From assembly GCA_045541035.1 (NCBI GenBank), contig JAZQII010000043.1, positions 64,539 to 128,538 of the forward strand: a stretch of 64,000 nt of DNA, in the 5' to 3' direction. The stretch is from Clostridia bacterium (GTDB lineage: Bacteria > Bacillota > Clostridia > Christensenellales > QALW01). A program made the translations under genes and the position numbers. Positions 27,239 to 37,420 of the stretch are shown here, in pieces; position 1 is the first letter of the stretch; each line of letters begins with the position of its first letter. The notes under the pieces are model-generated. The model was given only the letters and a program-made list of their open reading frames with translations, ran no database searches and had not been told where the DNA came from.

Positions 27239-28087
27239 TTAAATTTCCAAAAAACTCTTCCAATAAGTATATGTTTTATTTATACCCTGATCAGCATCGG
27301 ATTTTTCGCACTTAAATTTATAGCCCGGTGCGCTTTCTATAGTCACTACGCCTTCAAATAAAATATTTTTAAGAACGTCAGCTATTATCTTTAAATCTAA
27401 AGTTCCGTTTTCAAGGAAATAATGAAGGTCCTCTTTTCCGTCATTATTGTGAAGATGAACTTCAAAAACGGGAAAATTCTTTGATTTAAAGGCTTTTAAG
27501 AAGTCTTCAAAAGTAGGTTTTTCATTAACAGCGCATTCATCGGGCGAATTGCAAAATAACGTTAACCCCTCTTTAACCTTACCGCATATACGAATGTACA
27601 TATGCCCAACGTCAACAAGATATCCAAAGCGCTCATTTCCTTTTAAATGTTCTATCTGACTTTTTTCTTTATCATTTAGTCCAAAATCCTCAAGCGCAAT
27701 TTTAGAGGCTAAAACCTTTAATAAAACGTAATCAACGTACGGTCTTATATTATCTCTGATTTTTTCCGGAACATCAAAAGACAAAATCGACAAAGCCTTA
27801 TATTTTTCTTGCCACGCAGCAATTAAATCAATAGTTTTTTTAAAGGCTGAAACAGTTTCCGCTGAATGATCAACAGGCATTTTATGATGAACAGTAAGTA
27901 TAATATTATATTTTTTAATAAGCTCTGCTAATCTTTCAGATAAATCTTCGTGTTCGCACACATAAGACATATGTGCCCCGTGAAGGCTGACACTCTCAAA
28001 ACCGCATTCAGCAAAATAAACTACATTTTCAAGAATATCTCTGTGAGGATAATGCCAAGTTGCCAATCCGTTTTTCATAAAAATCAC
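27239..28087 (-). CDS. Sugar phosphate isomerase/epimerase (xylose isomerase-like TIM barrel)
   Basis: About 280 aa with an AP-endonuclease-2/TIM pattern (VSLHGAH ... VDVGH ... HLHNNDG). Confidence 0.55.
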   Translation of the reverse strand: MIFMKNGLATWHYPHRDILENVVYFAECGFESVSLHGAHMSYVCEHEDLSERLAELIKKYNIILTVHHKMPVDHSAETVSAFKKTIDLIAAWQEKYKALSILSFDVPEKIRDNIRPYVDYVLLKVLASKIALEDFGLNDKEKSQIEHLKGNERFGYLVDVGHMYIRICGKVKEGLTLFCNSPDECAVNEKPTFEDFLKAFKSKNFPVFEVHLHNNDGKEDLHYFLENGTLDLKIIADVLKNILFEGVVTIESAPGYKFKCEKSDADQGINKTYTYWKSFLEI

Positions 28088-28111
28088 TCCGATAAAATGC
28101 TAAATGTTTAG

Positions 28112-28146
28112 AAAACCACTTCTATCATTTAGATAAAAGTGGTTTT
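28112..28146 (-). terminator. Hairpin downstream of the tRNA pair
   Basis: On the minus strand, AAAACCACTT-15 nt-AAGTGGTTTT. Confidence 0.4.
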
Positions 28147-28147
28147 A

Positions 28148-28224
28148 CTGGCGACCCGAATGGGGCTCGAACCCACGACCTCTAGCGTGACAGGCTAGCG
28201 CTCTAACCAGCTGAGCTACCGGGC
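28148..28224 (-). tRNA. tRNA-Asp (anticodon GTC), CCA encoded
   Basis: The reverse complement is GGCCCGGTAGCTCAGCTGGTTAGAGCGCTAGCCTGTCACGCTAGAGGTCGTGGGTTCGAGCCCCATTCGGGTCGCCA. It folds as a cloverleaf with anticodon loop CTGTCAC. Confidence 0.95.
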
Positions 28225-28230
28225 CAATAT

Positions 28231-28306
28231 ATGGTGGGAACAATAGGGCTCGAACCTATGACCCTCTGCTTGTAAGGCAGATGCTCTCCCAGCTGAGCTA
28301 TGCTCC
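28231..28306 (-). tRNA. tRNA-Val (anticodon TAC), CCA encoded
   Basis: The reverse complement is GGGAGCATAGCTCAGCTGGGAGAGCATCTGCCTTACAAGCAGAGGGTCATAGGTTCGAGCCCTATTGTTCCCACCA. The anticodon loop is CTTACAA. Confidence 0.95.
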
Positions 28307-28323
28307 CATCAATTAACGTAGTT

Positions 28324-28352
28324 ATTATATTATAAACTATTTTTCTTGTCAA
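28324..28352 (-). promoter_or_regulatory. Consensus sigma-A promoter of the tRNA-Val/tRNA-Asp unit
   Basis: On the minus strand, TTGACA (28352-28347), a 17-nt spacer, then TATAAT (28329-28324), about 18 nt upstream of tRNA-Val. Confidence 0.7.
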
Positions 28353-28401
28353 TCAATTTTTTTATTATTACAGAAAATAAATTTTACAAAATAAAAAGTC
28401 G

Positions 28402-28439
28402 AATATAAAAGCGTCAGCACAAAAGCACCATGCTGACGC
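28402..28439 (-). terminator. Intrinsic terminator ending the polysaccharide operon
   Basis: On the minus strand, GCGTCAGCA-loop-TGCTGACGC followed by TTTTATATT. Confidence 0.75.
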
Positions 28440-28452
28440 CCTTTATAATTCT

Positions 28453-29637
28453 TTAATCTCTAAAATAAAGGTCTCTCGTATAGACTTTATCAATAACGTC
28501 CTTTATCTCGTCGTGATATCTGTTTGCAATGATCACGTCAGATATCTCCTTAAACTCATTGATATCGCGAATAACGCGGCTGTTAAAGAAGGTATCATCA
28601 CGCATAGTAGGCTCATAAACCACAACTTCTATGCCCTTTGCTTTTATTCGCTTCATTACGCCCTGCACTGAGCTTTGACGGAAGTTATCACTGCCAAACT
28701 TCATTGTCAACCTATAAACCCCTACGATCTTAGGATTTTTGGCAATTATCTGATCCGCTATAAAATCCTTTCGCGTTCCGTTTGCCGAAACAATAGCCGA
28801 AATAATATTCTGAGGCACGTCATTATAGTTTGCCAGCAGTTGCTTGGTGTCCTTAGGAAGACAATATCCGCCATAGCCAAAGGATGGATTATTATAGTGA
28901 TCTCCGATTCTGGGATCAAGACCTACTCCTTCAATTATGGACCTACTGTCAAGTCCGCGAACTGCGGCATAAGTATCAAGCTCGTTGAAAAAGGAAACTC
29001 TTAAGGCAAGATAAGTATTGGAAAAAAGCTTAACTGCTTCTGCTTCGGTAGGCTCCATAAATCTTATTTCAATATTTTCCTTTTCAGCACCTTGCTTTAA
29101 CAGTTCCGCAAATAATTGTGCATACTTATACAACCGTGCATTTTTTACGGGAACGCCCACAATGATTCTGCTGGGATAAAGGTTATCATATAATGCTTTA
29201 CCCTCACGCAAAAATTCCGGACTGAAAAGTATGTTATCACAAGTATATTTTTCCCTTACCATATTGGTAAATCCAACAGGAACGGTTGATTTTATAATCA
29301 TTACTGCATCAGGGTTGGCTTTTATCACCTGCTGAATAACCTTTTCAACTGTAGAAGTATCAAAATAGTTCTTTTTTTCATCATAATTGGTGGGCGTAGA
29401 TATTATTACAATATCTGCATCTCTATACGCACTATCGCCATCTAAGGTTGCTTCAAGATCAAGCTTTTCATTTTTGAAAAATTCCTCGATCTCATTATCC
29501 TTTATAGGTGATTTTCTGTTGTTGATCATTTCAACCTTGGCAGGAATAACATCCACCGCTTTAACCGTATTATGTCTGGACAAAAGAACTGCCACAGAAA
29601 GTCCCACATAACCGGTTCCTGCTACTGCTATTTTCAT
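28453..29637 (-). CDS. ugd: UDP-glucose 6-dehydrogenase
   Basis: 394 aa, collinear with enterobacterial Ugd as I remember it ([14 protein letters not shown] ... [11 protein letters not shown] ... [23 protein letters not shown]). Confidence 0.9.
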   Translation of the reverse strand: MKIAVAGTGYVGLSVAVLLSRHNTVKAVDVIPAKVEMINNRKSPIKDNEIEEFFKNEKLDLEATLDGDSAYRDADIVIISTPTNYDEKKNYFDTSTVEKVIQQVIKANPDAVMIIKSTVPVGFTNMVREKYTCDNILFSPEFLREGKALYDNLYPSRIIVGVPVKNARLYKYAQLFAELLKQGAEKENIEIRFMEPTEAEAVKLFSNTYLALRVSFFNELDTYAAVRGLDSRSIIEGVGLDPRIGDHYNNPSFGYGGYCLPKDTKQLLANYNDVPQNIISAIVSANGTRKDFIADQIIAKNPKIVGVYRLTMKFGSDNFRQSSVQGVMKRIKAKGIEVVVYEPTMRDDTFFNSRVIRDINEFKEISDVIIANRYHDEIKDVIDKVYTRDLYFRD

Positions 29638-29763
29638 AAAACACTCTCCTTAAATATGTGTTATCACGCAGGCAGAGTTATTCTGTCCGCGTAAAATATA
29701 CAGTTGCGACCTCGTCCCTATGGTGTTTCCTATGGCAACAAAGTTTGCAATTATATTCTTTAT

Positions 29764-30822
29764 TTATTTTTTATCGAGATAAAATTCTTTATACCACTTA
29801 GCAAAGTTTCTCAAGCCTTGCCTTAATGTAGTTGACGGCTTAAAGCCGAAATCACGTTCAAGTGCTGAAACGTCAGCATAAGTTATGGGAACGTCGCCTG
29901 CCTGCATGGGCACAAGTTTTTTGTGTGCTTCGAAATCATAGTCTTCAGGTAAAACACCTGCCGAAACAAGTTCCTGCTGAAGAATATCAACAAAATCAAG
30001 AAGATTTTCAGGACTGTTGTTACCTATATTATATACTCTGTATGGTGGCAAAGGAAGTCCATCTTCCCCGTTTACTTTTTCAGGAGCACAGCACATAACG
30101 CGCTTAACGCCTTCAACGATATCGTCAACGTAAGTGAAATCGCGCTTGCAGTTGCCGAAATTGAATATTTCAATAGTTTCACCCTTTAAAAGTTTGTTGG
30201 TGAAACCAAAATATGCCATATCAGGTCTGCCTGCGGGACCGTAAACCGTAAAGAAGCGAAGGCCCGTTGACGGAATATTATAGAGTTTGCTGTAAGAATG
30301 TGCAAGAAGCTCATTAGATTTCTTCGTTGCCGCATAAAGGGAAACGGGATTATCTACCTTATCGTCTGTTGAATAAGGAATCTTTTTGTTCGAGCCATAA
30401 ACTGATGAGCTTGAAGCATATACAAGATGCTCAACGGGATTATGTCTGCACGCTTCAAGAATATTATAAAAACCGATAATATTTGATTCAATATACACAT
30501 CAGGGTTGGTAATTGAATATCTTACGCCTGCCTGAGCCGCAAGATTTACCACAATCTGAGGCTTATATTCCGCAAAAATCTTATCAATGAGTACGCGGTC
30601 TGCAATATTGCCTTTAATAAAAGTCCATGTAGGATCAAGTTTATTTAACTTTTCAATGCGGTACTCTTTAATTGAAACGTCATAATAATCATTCATATTA
30701 TCAAGACCGATAACCTTTGCGCCCTCTTTAAAAAGAACCTCGCAAAGATTTGAGCCAATAAATCCTGCCGCGCCCGTTACAAGAACAACTTTATCTTTTA
30801 ATTGAACGTTTGGTGTTAACAT
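29764..30822 (-). CDS. NAD-dependent epimerase, UDP-glucuronate 4-epimerase-like
   Basis: 352 aa with GAAGFIGSNL, SSSSVYG and YAATK (extended SDR). It sits next to ugd. Confidence 0.7.
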   Translation of the reverse strand: MLTPNVQLKDKVVLVTGAAGFIGSNLCEVLFKEGAKVIGLDNMNDYYDVSIKEYRIEKLNKLDPTWTFIKGNIADRVLIDKIFAEYKPQIVVNLAAQAGVRYSITNPDVYIESNIIGFYNILEACRHNPVEHLVYASSSSVYGSNKKIPYSTDDKVDNPVSLYAATKKSNELLAHSYSKLYNIPSTGLRFFTVYGPAGRPDMAYFGFTNKLLKGETIEIFNFGNCKRDFTYVDDIVEGVKRVMCCAPEKVNGEDGLPLPPYRVYNIGNNSPENLLDFVDILQQELVSAGVLPEDYDFEAHKKLVPMQAGDVPITYADVSALERDFGFKPSTTLRQGLRNFAKWYKEFYLDKK

Positions 30823-31550
30823 TTTATCCCCTCATATTCTTTCTGTACTTTTTCATAACTTTCAAGATTACCGATATCATAGCGTTTGCCCGGCATCTCA
30901 AAAGCGTGAACAGGTGTAACCCCGGAAAGCCAAGCAATATAACTGCCAGGTGCATCTGTTCCGCAACCTGCTTCAATGCCTTTTTTAACAAGACGCGCAT
31001 CCTCTTTCGTGTAATAATAAAAAGGAGGACAGCACCAATGGGTAGCAGGTTCAGGTGATTTTTCGGTCATATTGAGAATCTTATCGTTTTCATCAATGGT
31101 AACGACACCGCATTTTAAAAGTTTTTTAAATTCAGGCTCATAATAGCGCATTATGCAGGAAGTATTTTTCTTTTTAGCATATTCAATAAATTTGCAAAGG
31201 CTGAAATCAAGAAGATTATCGCCTGCAATAACGAGCATATCATCATCAAGATTAAGTTTTTCGATGGCAAACTGAATATCACAAACTGCGCCAAGGCGAG
31301 TTTCGTTGGTGCTTGTGCCATCATCAACTACCGTAATATTTTTTCTGTCCTTTGCCCAGGATGCAAAATGATCATAAAACTTATGATTGGAAATTACTAT
31401 ATATTCGTCAACCTCATTTGACATATCAATGTCTTCAATAAGCCAATCGAGAATCGCCTTTCCCTGCACCTCAAGCAACGGCTTGGGAAAATTCTCGGTT
31501 AAGGGATAAAGCCTTGTTGCGTAACCAGCCGCAAGAATAATACATTTCAT
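30816..31550 (-). CDS. Sugar-1-phosphate nucleotidyltransferase
   Basis: MKCIILAAGYATRLYPLTENFPKPLL is the NTP-transferase signature. 244 aa. Confidence 0.75.
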   Translation of the reverse strand: MKCIILAAGYATRLYPLTENFPKPLLEVQGKAILDWLIEDIDMSNEVDEYIVISNHKFYDHFASWAKDRKNITVVDDGTSTNETRLGAVCDIQFAIEKLNLDDDMLVIAGDNLLDFSLCKFIEYAKKKNTSCIMRYYEPEFKKLLKCGVVTIDENDKILNMTEKSPEPATHWCCPPFYYYTKEDARLVKKGIEAGCGTDAPGSYIAWLSGVTPVHAFEMPGKRYDIGNLESYEKVQKEYEGIKC

Positions 31551-31561
31551 AATTTAACTCC

Positions 31562-32734
31562 TTAAAGCTCAACGCCGTCAGCACTATGGCAAACGTGAAC
31601 GGAATATTTGCCCTCAAGATGAGGAAATTCCTTAAGATACTTTTGAGATACTTTTTCGATTATACTTTCTCTGTAAGATGGATCGCAAAGTGCCATACAA
31701 CAACCCTTAAAGCCTGCGCCTGAGAATCTTCCGCCGTAGATGCCGTCAGTTTCGGTCATAATATCATAAAGTGATTTCAGTTCAGGTGAGCCAGTTTCAT
31801 AATTATATATTGATGACTTTCCGCTTTCAAAGGAAAGTTTTCCAAAGGCTTCAATATCACCATTTCTCCAGGCTTCTGCACCTTTGAGCACACGTTCATA
31901 TTCACTGTACCAATGTTCTGCCCTCTTTGCCCAATTCTCAGGAAGTTTGTCCTTATGTTTTCTGAAAACCTCAACGGGAACGTCACGCAAAAATGCCTCG
32001 TTGAATTTGCCGTACTCCATTCCCTCAAAAGCCATTAAAGCATATGCGGCACTTTTGCACTCGTCAACGCGCATATTGAACTTTGAGCCTGCAAGTGTGC
32101 GCTCAATGCCTGAGAAGAAAATGATTATATCATAAGGCTTCATTTTTGGACTTGTTGGAATAAGTTCATAGGAATCATCTAACGTATCAAGATACAAAAG
32201 ATGATCCTTTTTGGAATAAACCTCGCAGGATTGATCAAGCTTTCCGCAAGAAACGCCAACGTATTCGTTTTCAGCCTTTAAAGCCGTCATAATCATTTCA
32301 TGCTCGGATAAGTGAATGTTATTCACCTTACAAAGAGCCGACAAAAAAGCAATAATAACTGCCGCAGAAGAAGAAAGACCGCCAATAGGCAACTCACCCT
32401 CAATTACACCGCAGATACCAACTGATAACGGATGCTTTTTATTAAGCATCATCGTTGCACCGCGAAGATAATCTGCCCAATCGTTCTCCTTTTCCTTTGG
32501 AACGGAATTAACGTGGAACTGTGCCCTCTTTTCAAATTGCAAGGACACCAACTCAACAACACCGTTCATCTTGGGACCATAGGCGATGTGTATGCCCTTA
32601 TCTATAGCAAGCCCCGTGATCTTACCGTGCTGATGATCAGAATGTGCCCCCAACGGACAAATTCTATACGGGCAAAAAGCCACACCAGCAGGTGATTTTT
32701 TATATGTTTGTTCGAAAAGATCGATCGTTTTCAT
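31562..32734 (-). CDS. GHMP sugar-1-kinase, galactokinase family
   Basis: 390 aa. The N-terminal PLGAHSDHQHG is galactokinase-signature-like. GHMP motif PIGGLSSSAAV is present. Confidence 0.7.
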   Translation of the reverse strand: MKTIDLFEQTYKKSPAGVAFCPYRICPLGAHSDHQHGKITGLAIDKGIHIAYGPKMNGVVELVSLQFEKRAQFHVNSVPKEKENDWADYLRGATMMLNKKHPLSVGICGVIEGELPIGGLSSSAAVIIAFLSALCKVNNIHLSEHEMIMTALKAENEYVGVSCGKLDQSCEVYSKKDHLLYLDTLDDSYELIPTSPKMKPYDIIIFFSGIERTLAGSKFNMRVDECKSAAYALMAFEGMEYGKFNEAFLRDVPVEVFRKHKDKLPENWAKRAEHWYSEYERVLKGAEAWRNGDIEAFGKLSFESGKSSIYNYETGSPELKSLYDIMTETDGIYGGRFSGAGFKGCCMALCDPSYRESIIEKVSQKYLKEFPHLEGKYSVHVCHSADGVEL

Positions 32735-32743
32735 AATACTCCT

Positions 32744-33703
32744 CTAATCTACAAAAATAATTTCTGCTTCTTTTCTTTCAGATTTTGTGGTTTGACATTT
32801 TTCAGGATAGTTTCCAATGCCAACAAAAAGTATTATTTTTTCATTGTCATTTATATTCAATACTTTTTTTACATTTTCTTCCTGTGTAGGTGTTAGCGAT
32901 GCGCTTAACGGTACAGAACCAATATTGAAAAAATGCAATGAATTTATTAAGTTCATAGCATACATTCCACCATCAATAAACCCCTGATAGTGTTCTCTGC
33001 CCTTGCTAAAGCAATCAATTTTAAATGAAATCACCAATAATTTGTCAATTTCTTGTCCAAATCCTCTATTTCCATTTTGATTTTTTAAAATTGCTTCAAT
33101 TTTCTTTTTATTACACACTATATGTGTGCGCCAACCTTGCCTATTACAAGCACTTGGTGTAAACTGTGCCAATTCAACTGCTTTTGCTATCTTGCTCTTG
33201 TCAACCGGAATTTCTGAAAAATGGCGAATACTATGCCTGTTTTTTATAAATTCTTCAAAGCTCTGCGCTGTCAATTGTTCTTGAGTAAATGGTACAAATT
33301 CTATGATTCCACCTGCGCCATTTGCCTCGCCCTTTAATGCATTTACTCTATTTTCTATTTCAGCATTTGTATAGTTATATTCTTTATTCTTGGCTATATA
33401 TTTTTTCAAAACACATAATGCCGTCTTATAGCAGAATTCTTCTATGCTGAATTTTTCTGCGTATTTTTCCATTGTGGTGATAAGTTGTTTAATGGCATCT
33501 TCACCAAAACCCGGACGATAGTTTTCATAAGACATTCCTTTTTCAATAGCATGATACATTTTGATTATCGCTGCTTCATATTGCCAAAAAGAATCCAGTT
33601 TCTCATTTTCAAATGCATTTTCAAAAAAGTTTTTTATATATTTTTTATTTATTTCTTTCTTAATTTTCTTAGCGTAAACACGGTTGCGCAGTTTATTAAA
33701 CAT
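32744..33703 (-). CDS. Nitroreductase-family flavoprotein with an N-terminal extension
   Basis: The C-terminal half carries RHSIRHF ... TPSACNRQGW, typical of the nitroreductase fold. The N-terminal extension of about 130 aa is unassigned. Confidence 0.65.
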   Translation of the reverse strand: MFNKLRNRVYAKKIKKEINKKYIKNFFENAFENEKLDSFWQYEAAIIKMYHAIEKGMSYENYRPGFGEDAIKQLITTMEKYAEKFSIEEFCYKTALCVLKKYIAKNKEYNYTNAEIENRVNALKGEANGAGGIIEFVPFTQEQLTAQSFEEFIKNRHSIRHFSEIPVDKSKIAKAVELAQFTPSACNRQGWRTHIVCNKKKIEAILKNQNGNRGFGQEIDKLLVISFKIDCFSKGREHYQGFIDGGMYAMNLINSLHFFNIGSVPLSASLTPTQEENVKKVLNINDNEKIILFVGIGNYPEKCQTTKSERKEAEIIFVD

Positions 33704-33715
33704 AACAATCTCCCA

Positions 33716-35239
33716 TTATTTTGCTTTTCTATGTAATATTCTTTTTAATGATTGTTTCAAGTACCCAAATTCCTGTGTTTTAATGCTTGTGCCTAAAAAT
33801 ACTATATTTGAAACAATCAAGCATATGCACAATCTAATAAGCAATCCCGCAAAGCCATCGAACACAAGATTGCATAGCAAATAAGACACCGTGCAAGAAA
33901 TACTTGCCAATATCAAGTATTTAAAAAGATATAATAAATTTACACTTGGTTTTATTTGAAAAACATTTTTAAACAAAACATAATTAGACCAAGGAACAGA
34001 TATAAGAAACGCAATTATAGAAGAAATTACGATTCCGTAGATTCCTATATAATTAACAAGTATTATATTTAACACCAGATTTAACACCATAGAAACGTAT
34101 GGTCTCAATTTATCCTTGTGCCACAAACCTGCAGCATCCTTAAATGCCAAAATACTGCGTTGTATATCGTATACGAAGAAATAAACAGTCATAGCAAGAG
34201 CAAACCAAAATCCTAATGCATTTTCTTGCCCTACCCACAATACCATAAAAGGCTCATATAAACATAAGAAGCAGGTGCTACACACAACGACTATCCACGC
34301 ATTAAAATAACTCAAATTTCTGAAAAGTTTATAACTTTCCTCAACACCATCGGTTACTATTTTATTCCCTATACCTGCTGTCATAGACGAAAATAATACC
34401 ATAACAAATCCGCAGATAGCACTCATTATGTAATAATAATTACCATATTGTGCCGTAAGTTCAAGGCCTAAGAAAGCAGAAATTATAACAGTATCAGCCG
34501 AATGAACCACGATACTATTAAGTTTCGTACCAAATAATCCACTGAGTCGTTTTTTTATTCCATTTTTTGTTTCTTTTGTTATTTCGCCTTTACATAAAAT
34601 ATTGGGATATTTTCTCTTTGTTACTATATAATTTGTAAAGTTTGTCGATAATGTGCCTATTATCGGAACAAATGCGTAAACATAGAAGTTTTTAGTTACA
34701 AAAAGAGCAACTATTTGCAGTGTCTGGACTGCGACGTTTACAATCATAGTGATTTTGCTTGTTATATCCAATCTCTGATGACTCGTTAACAAGCTCTGTC
34801 TATAACCTGCAAAAAAATAACTTATTACAGAATTTATCAGATATATGTAATAAAGTATATATACGTTTACACCTTCAGGCGGGTTTCCTTTTATCAAAAG
34901 CGGAACAAATGGAACCAATACAGTACCGATACTAAGCATCGTGATTCCGATTATTCTGTAGAGCTTTCTGTAATACTTTAAGAGTGCGCCTATTAAATCA
35001 TAATCATTTTCTGCAATAGGCTTGTACATAAAGAAAACGATTGCCGAACCCAATCCCAACTCGGTAAGACTCAAAAAATTCAGGATTGAAGAAAATAATG
35101 TTCCTATTCCTAAATATGTATTGCCAAGCAAATATATAATTAAAGTTCTTGTAAAAAACGGTAAAATAAGCACCACAATTTTATTCAAAAAACTATATGT
35201 AATATTTCTAACCGCATTTTTTGTGCGACTTTCCGCCAT
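33716..35239 (-). CDS. Oligosaccharide flippase (Wzx, MOP superfamily)
   Basis: 507 aa, about 12-14 TM helices. The N-terminus SRTKNAVRNITYSFLNKIV is typical of polysaccharide biosynthesis (PST) proteins. Confidence 0.75.
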   Translation of the reverse strand: MAESRTKNAVRNITYSFLNKIVVLILPFFTRTLIIYLLGNTYLGIGTLFSSILNFLSLTELGLGSAIVFFMYKPIAENDYDLIGALLKYYRKLYRIIGITMLSIGTVLVPFVPLLIKGNPPEGVNVYILYYIYLINSVISYFFAGYRQSLLTSHQRLDITSKITMIVNVAVQTLQIVALFVTKNFYVYAFVPIIGTLSTNFTNYIVTKRKYPNILCKGEITKETKNGIKKRLSGLFGTKLNSIVVHSADTVIISAFLGLELTAQYGNYYYIMSAICGFVMVLFSSMTAGIGNKIVTDGVEESYKLFRNLSYFNAWIVVVCSTCFLCLYEPFMVLWVGQENALGFWFALAMTVYFFVYDIQRSILAFKDAAGLWHKDKLRPYVSMVLNLVLNIILVNYIGIYGIVISSIIAFLISVPWSNYVLFKNVFQIKPSVNLLYLFKYLILASISCTVSYLLCNLVFDGFAGLLIRLCICLIVSNIVFLGTSIKTQEFGYLKQSLKRILHRKAK

Positions 35240-35250
35240 TTTATATTCTC

Positions 35251-36435
35251 CTACTTTAGCTTAACACAATCAAAAACACAGGATTTTTGTATATCTTCTA
35301 ATTTCGCATCAATTACTGAGGATTCTTTACTATGATTTTCTGCCATATACTCAACTGCATCAACCATAGCTTTTTTATTTTCTAATCCTCTCACATCAAA
35401 ACAAAATCTTTCTTGTCCAAATACCTCAGTAAGCTCTTTATACTTTATAGCCCATCCCATAACCACAGCCGGAACACTTTCTTTATATGAATGAACCACA
35501 GAATGATATCTTGATGCGATTACAAAATCGAACTTTGAAACAATATCTCCAAATTCATAACTACTCAATTCTTTTTCAATAACCTTAACTGCGTCATTTT
35601 CTTTAAAAAACTTATCTTTTAATTTAGTACAAAGTTTTAAATCCTCAACCGCATGATATATAAAATATATGTTTTTATTTTTAGCAAGTAAAAGGTTGAT
35701 TATTTCGTGATAAATATCAAAAATTGCATCCTCATTTCCAAACTTACTGTTCTTTCCGTTTGGAATTATTGCAACGCTTCCTTCTTTAATTTCAATCTGT
35801 TCGGATTCAGGAATAGCATAATAGATATTATTCAAATCTATACCTTTATTCTCCAAAACAAGATCATATTTTTTTACTACATTCTTTAATTTGTAATTCT
35901 TTTCAAGTAACGTCTTACCTTCATTTTCTCTTGCCATTATAATTTCAGCCTTTTTCAGACCTTTTTTTATTATACGATTCATTTTCCAATCGTAATCAAA
36001 GGGTCCGAATGACTGCGGCATAAGATATACCGGAATATTAAAATGCTTTGCTAATTTAATTCTGCGCAAATAGCTTTTTACAACAGCATTTCTCCATTTT
36101 GATCCCATTGCATATCCGCTAATGTCAATCATTGCAACTGCATTTTTAAATATTTCTTTATACTGTTTGAAATACTTTCCGTTTTCCCTATTATTATATC
36201 TTTTTTTCAATAATCCGGTCATCAAAGATAAACATTCGCCATATCCGGGAAAAGGCATAATCATAAACTTATAGTTGTTTTTAATTTTTTCCGAACGCTT
36301 GGTATCTGCCGCAGAAAATAAAATCACCTTGCAATCCGGATATTTCTTTGCAAAATAGTCAACAGTAATAAACGACATTGCCTGCGCACCTTTGTTAAAA
36401 AGCTCTCCCCCAACAACAAGTATATATTTTTTCAT
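35251..36435 (-). CDS. Polysaccharide pyruvyl transferase family protein
   Basis: 394 aa with the N-terminal GGELFNKGAQAM and the C-terminal SRYHSVVHS motif of the family. Confidence 0.65.
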   Translation of the reverse strand: MKKYILVVGGELFNKGAQAMSFITVDYFAKKYPDCKVILFSAADTKRSEKIKNNYKFMIMPFPGYGECLSLMTGLLKKRYNNRENGKYFKQYKEIFKNAVAMIDISGYAMGSKWRNAVVKSYLRRIKLAKHFNIPVYLMPQSFGPFDYDWKMNRIIKKGLKKAEIIMARENEGKTLLEKNYKLKNVVKKYDLVLENKGIDLNNIYYAIPESEQIEIKEGSVAIIPNGKNSKFGNEDAIFDIYHEIINLLLAKNKNIYFIYHAVEDLKLCTKLKDKFFKENDAVKVIEKELSSYEFGDIVSKFDFVIASRYHSVVHSYKESVPAVVMGWAIKYKELTEVFGQERFCFDVRGLENKKAMVDAVEYMAENHSKESSVIDAKLEDIQKSCVFDCVKLK

Positions 36436-36500
36436 CAGAACTCTCCTACTATCTTAATTCAGTCTTTTGTATATTAACCAAATATGCAAAATTTGCTTTT

Positions 36501-37385
36501 TTAATCAAACTTTATATTTTTTATCGTAATAACAGCAAATGCTTTCAAAGCACAAAAAAACTTTTTTATTGCAAATGGGTTTAAAAAAAAGGCTTTAAAT
36601 AGATATTTTAATGCAGTTTTAGTATTATTGCTATCGCAAAAATGAACAAGATTAAAAAGCCATGCAGCATGAGCTTTTTTATTTGTTTTTAGAAATTCTT
36701 TATGCTTTGAATAAATTCGTTCAAATGCAAAACGCTTTAACTTTAGCTTTTTTGTTATTTGTTCACCTTCATGTATATAATAATTTATTAATGGCTCGTT
36801 AATGTATGAAACCTCATATTTTTCAGCAATCCGTAACCATAAATCATAATCTTGCGCACAAGGCATATTCACGTCAAACATTCCTGCCTCTGTTACTGCT
36901 TTTTTTAAACAAAGAGGAAACGATGTCGAACCGATAAAGTTATTGAGAAATAGCTTCTCAAAAACTCTTCCATTAAAGAACTTTCTATCCTCAACAATTT
37001 TATTTGCACCTTTAATTATATAATTTGCACTATATACAAGTCCTATGTTTTGATCTTTAAATTCTGCAATTTGTTTTTCTATTTTAGTTGGCACCCACTC
37101 ATCATCGTCATCCAAAAATGCAACAAACTCTCCAGTAGAATTTTCTATTCCTTGATTTCTAGCAAAACAAGCGCCTTTAGCACCACCTGTTTCCGCATAT
37201 TTCACTTGCGCATATTTATTAATCATTATCTTTACTTCATTCTTCAAAGCATAATCATCTGGGCTATCACTTACAACAATTATTTCTATAGGCGAATAAG
37301 TTTGCTTCAAAACGCTAAGCAACGCCCTTTCTACCATTTGAGGCCCTCGTTTATATGTAGTAATTATTGCTGAAACAAGTTCCAT
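36501..37385 (-). CDS. Glycosyltransferase family 2
   Basis: SAIITTYKRG and FLDDDDEW (DxD). Confidence 0.8.
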   Translation of the reverse strand: MELVSAIITTYKRGPQMVERALLSVLKQTYSPIEIIVVSDSPDDYALKNEVKIMINKYAQVKYAETGGAKGACFARNQGIENSTGEFVAFLDDDDEWVPTKIEKQIAEFKDQNIGLVYSANYIIKGANKIVEDRKFFNGRVFEKLFLNNFIGSTSFPLCLKKAVTEAGMFDVNMPCAQDYDLWLRIAEKYEVSYINEPLINYYIHEGEQITKKLKLKRFAFERIYSKHKEFLKTNKKAHAAWLFNLVHFCDSNNTKTALKYLFKAFFLNPFAIKKFFCALKAFAVITIKNIKFD

Positions 37386-37420
37386 TTTTCAAAATCCTTT
37401 CAAAGCTACCATCAACTTAA

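Noticed and set aside
28148-28306. tRNA-Val/tRNA-Asp as an integration site of a genomic island carrying the polysaccharide locus
   Set aside because: No integrase is present. I could not find a direct repeat of either tRNA 3' end near the other end of the locus (about 50.5 kb). The compositional mosaic is better explained by cassette exchange within a resident locus.
29638-29763. 126-nt gap between the epimerase-like gene and ugd, with an imperfect hairpin (ACGCGGACAGA...TCTGCCTGCGT) and a CCATAGG direct repeat, considered as a riboswitch or attenuator
   Set aside because: The stem has two mismatches, there is no U-tail, and it matches no motif I recognise. It may only be an mRNA processing or stability element, which is too weak to call.
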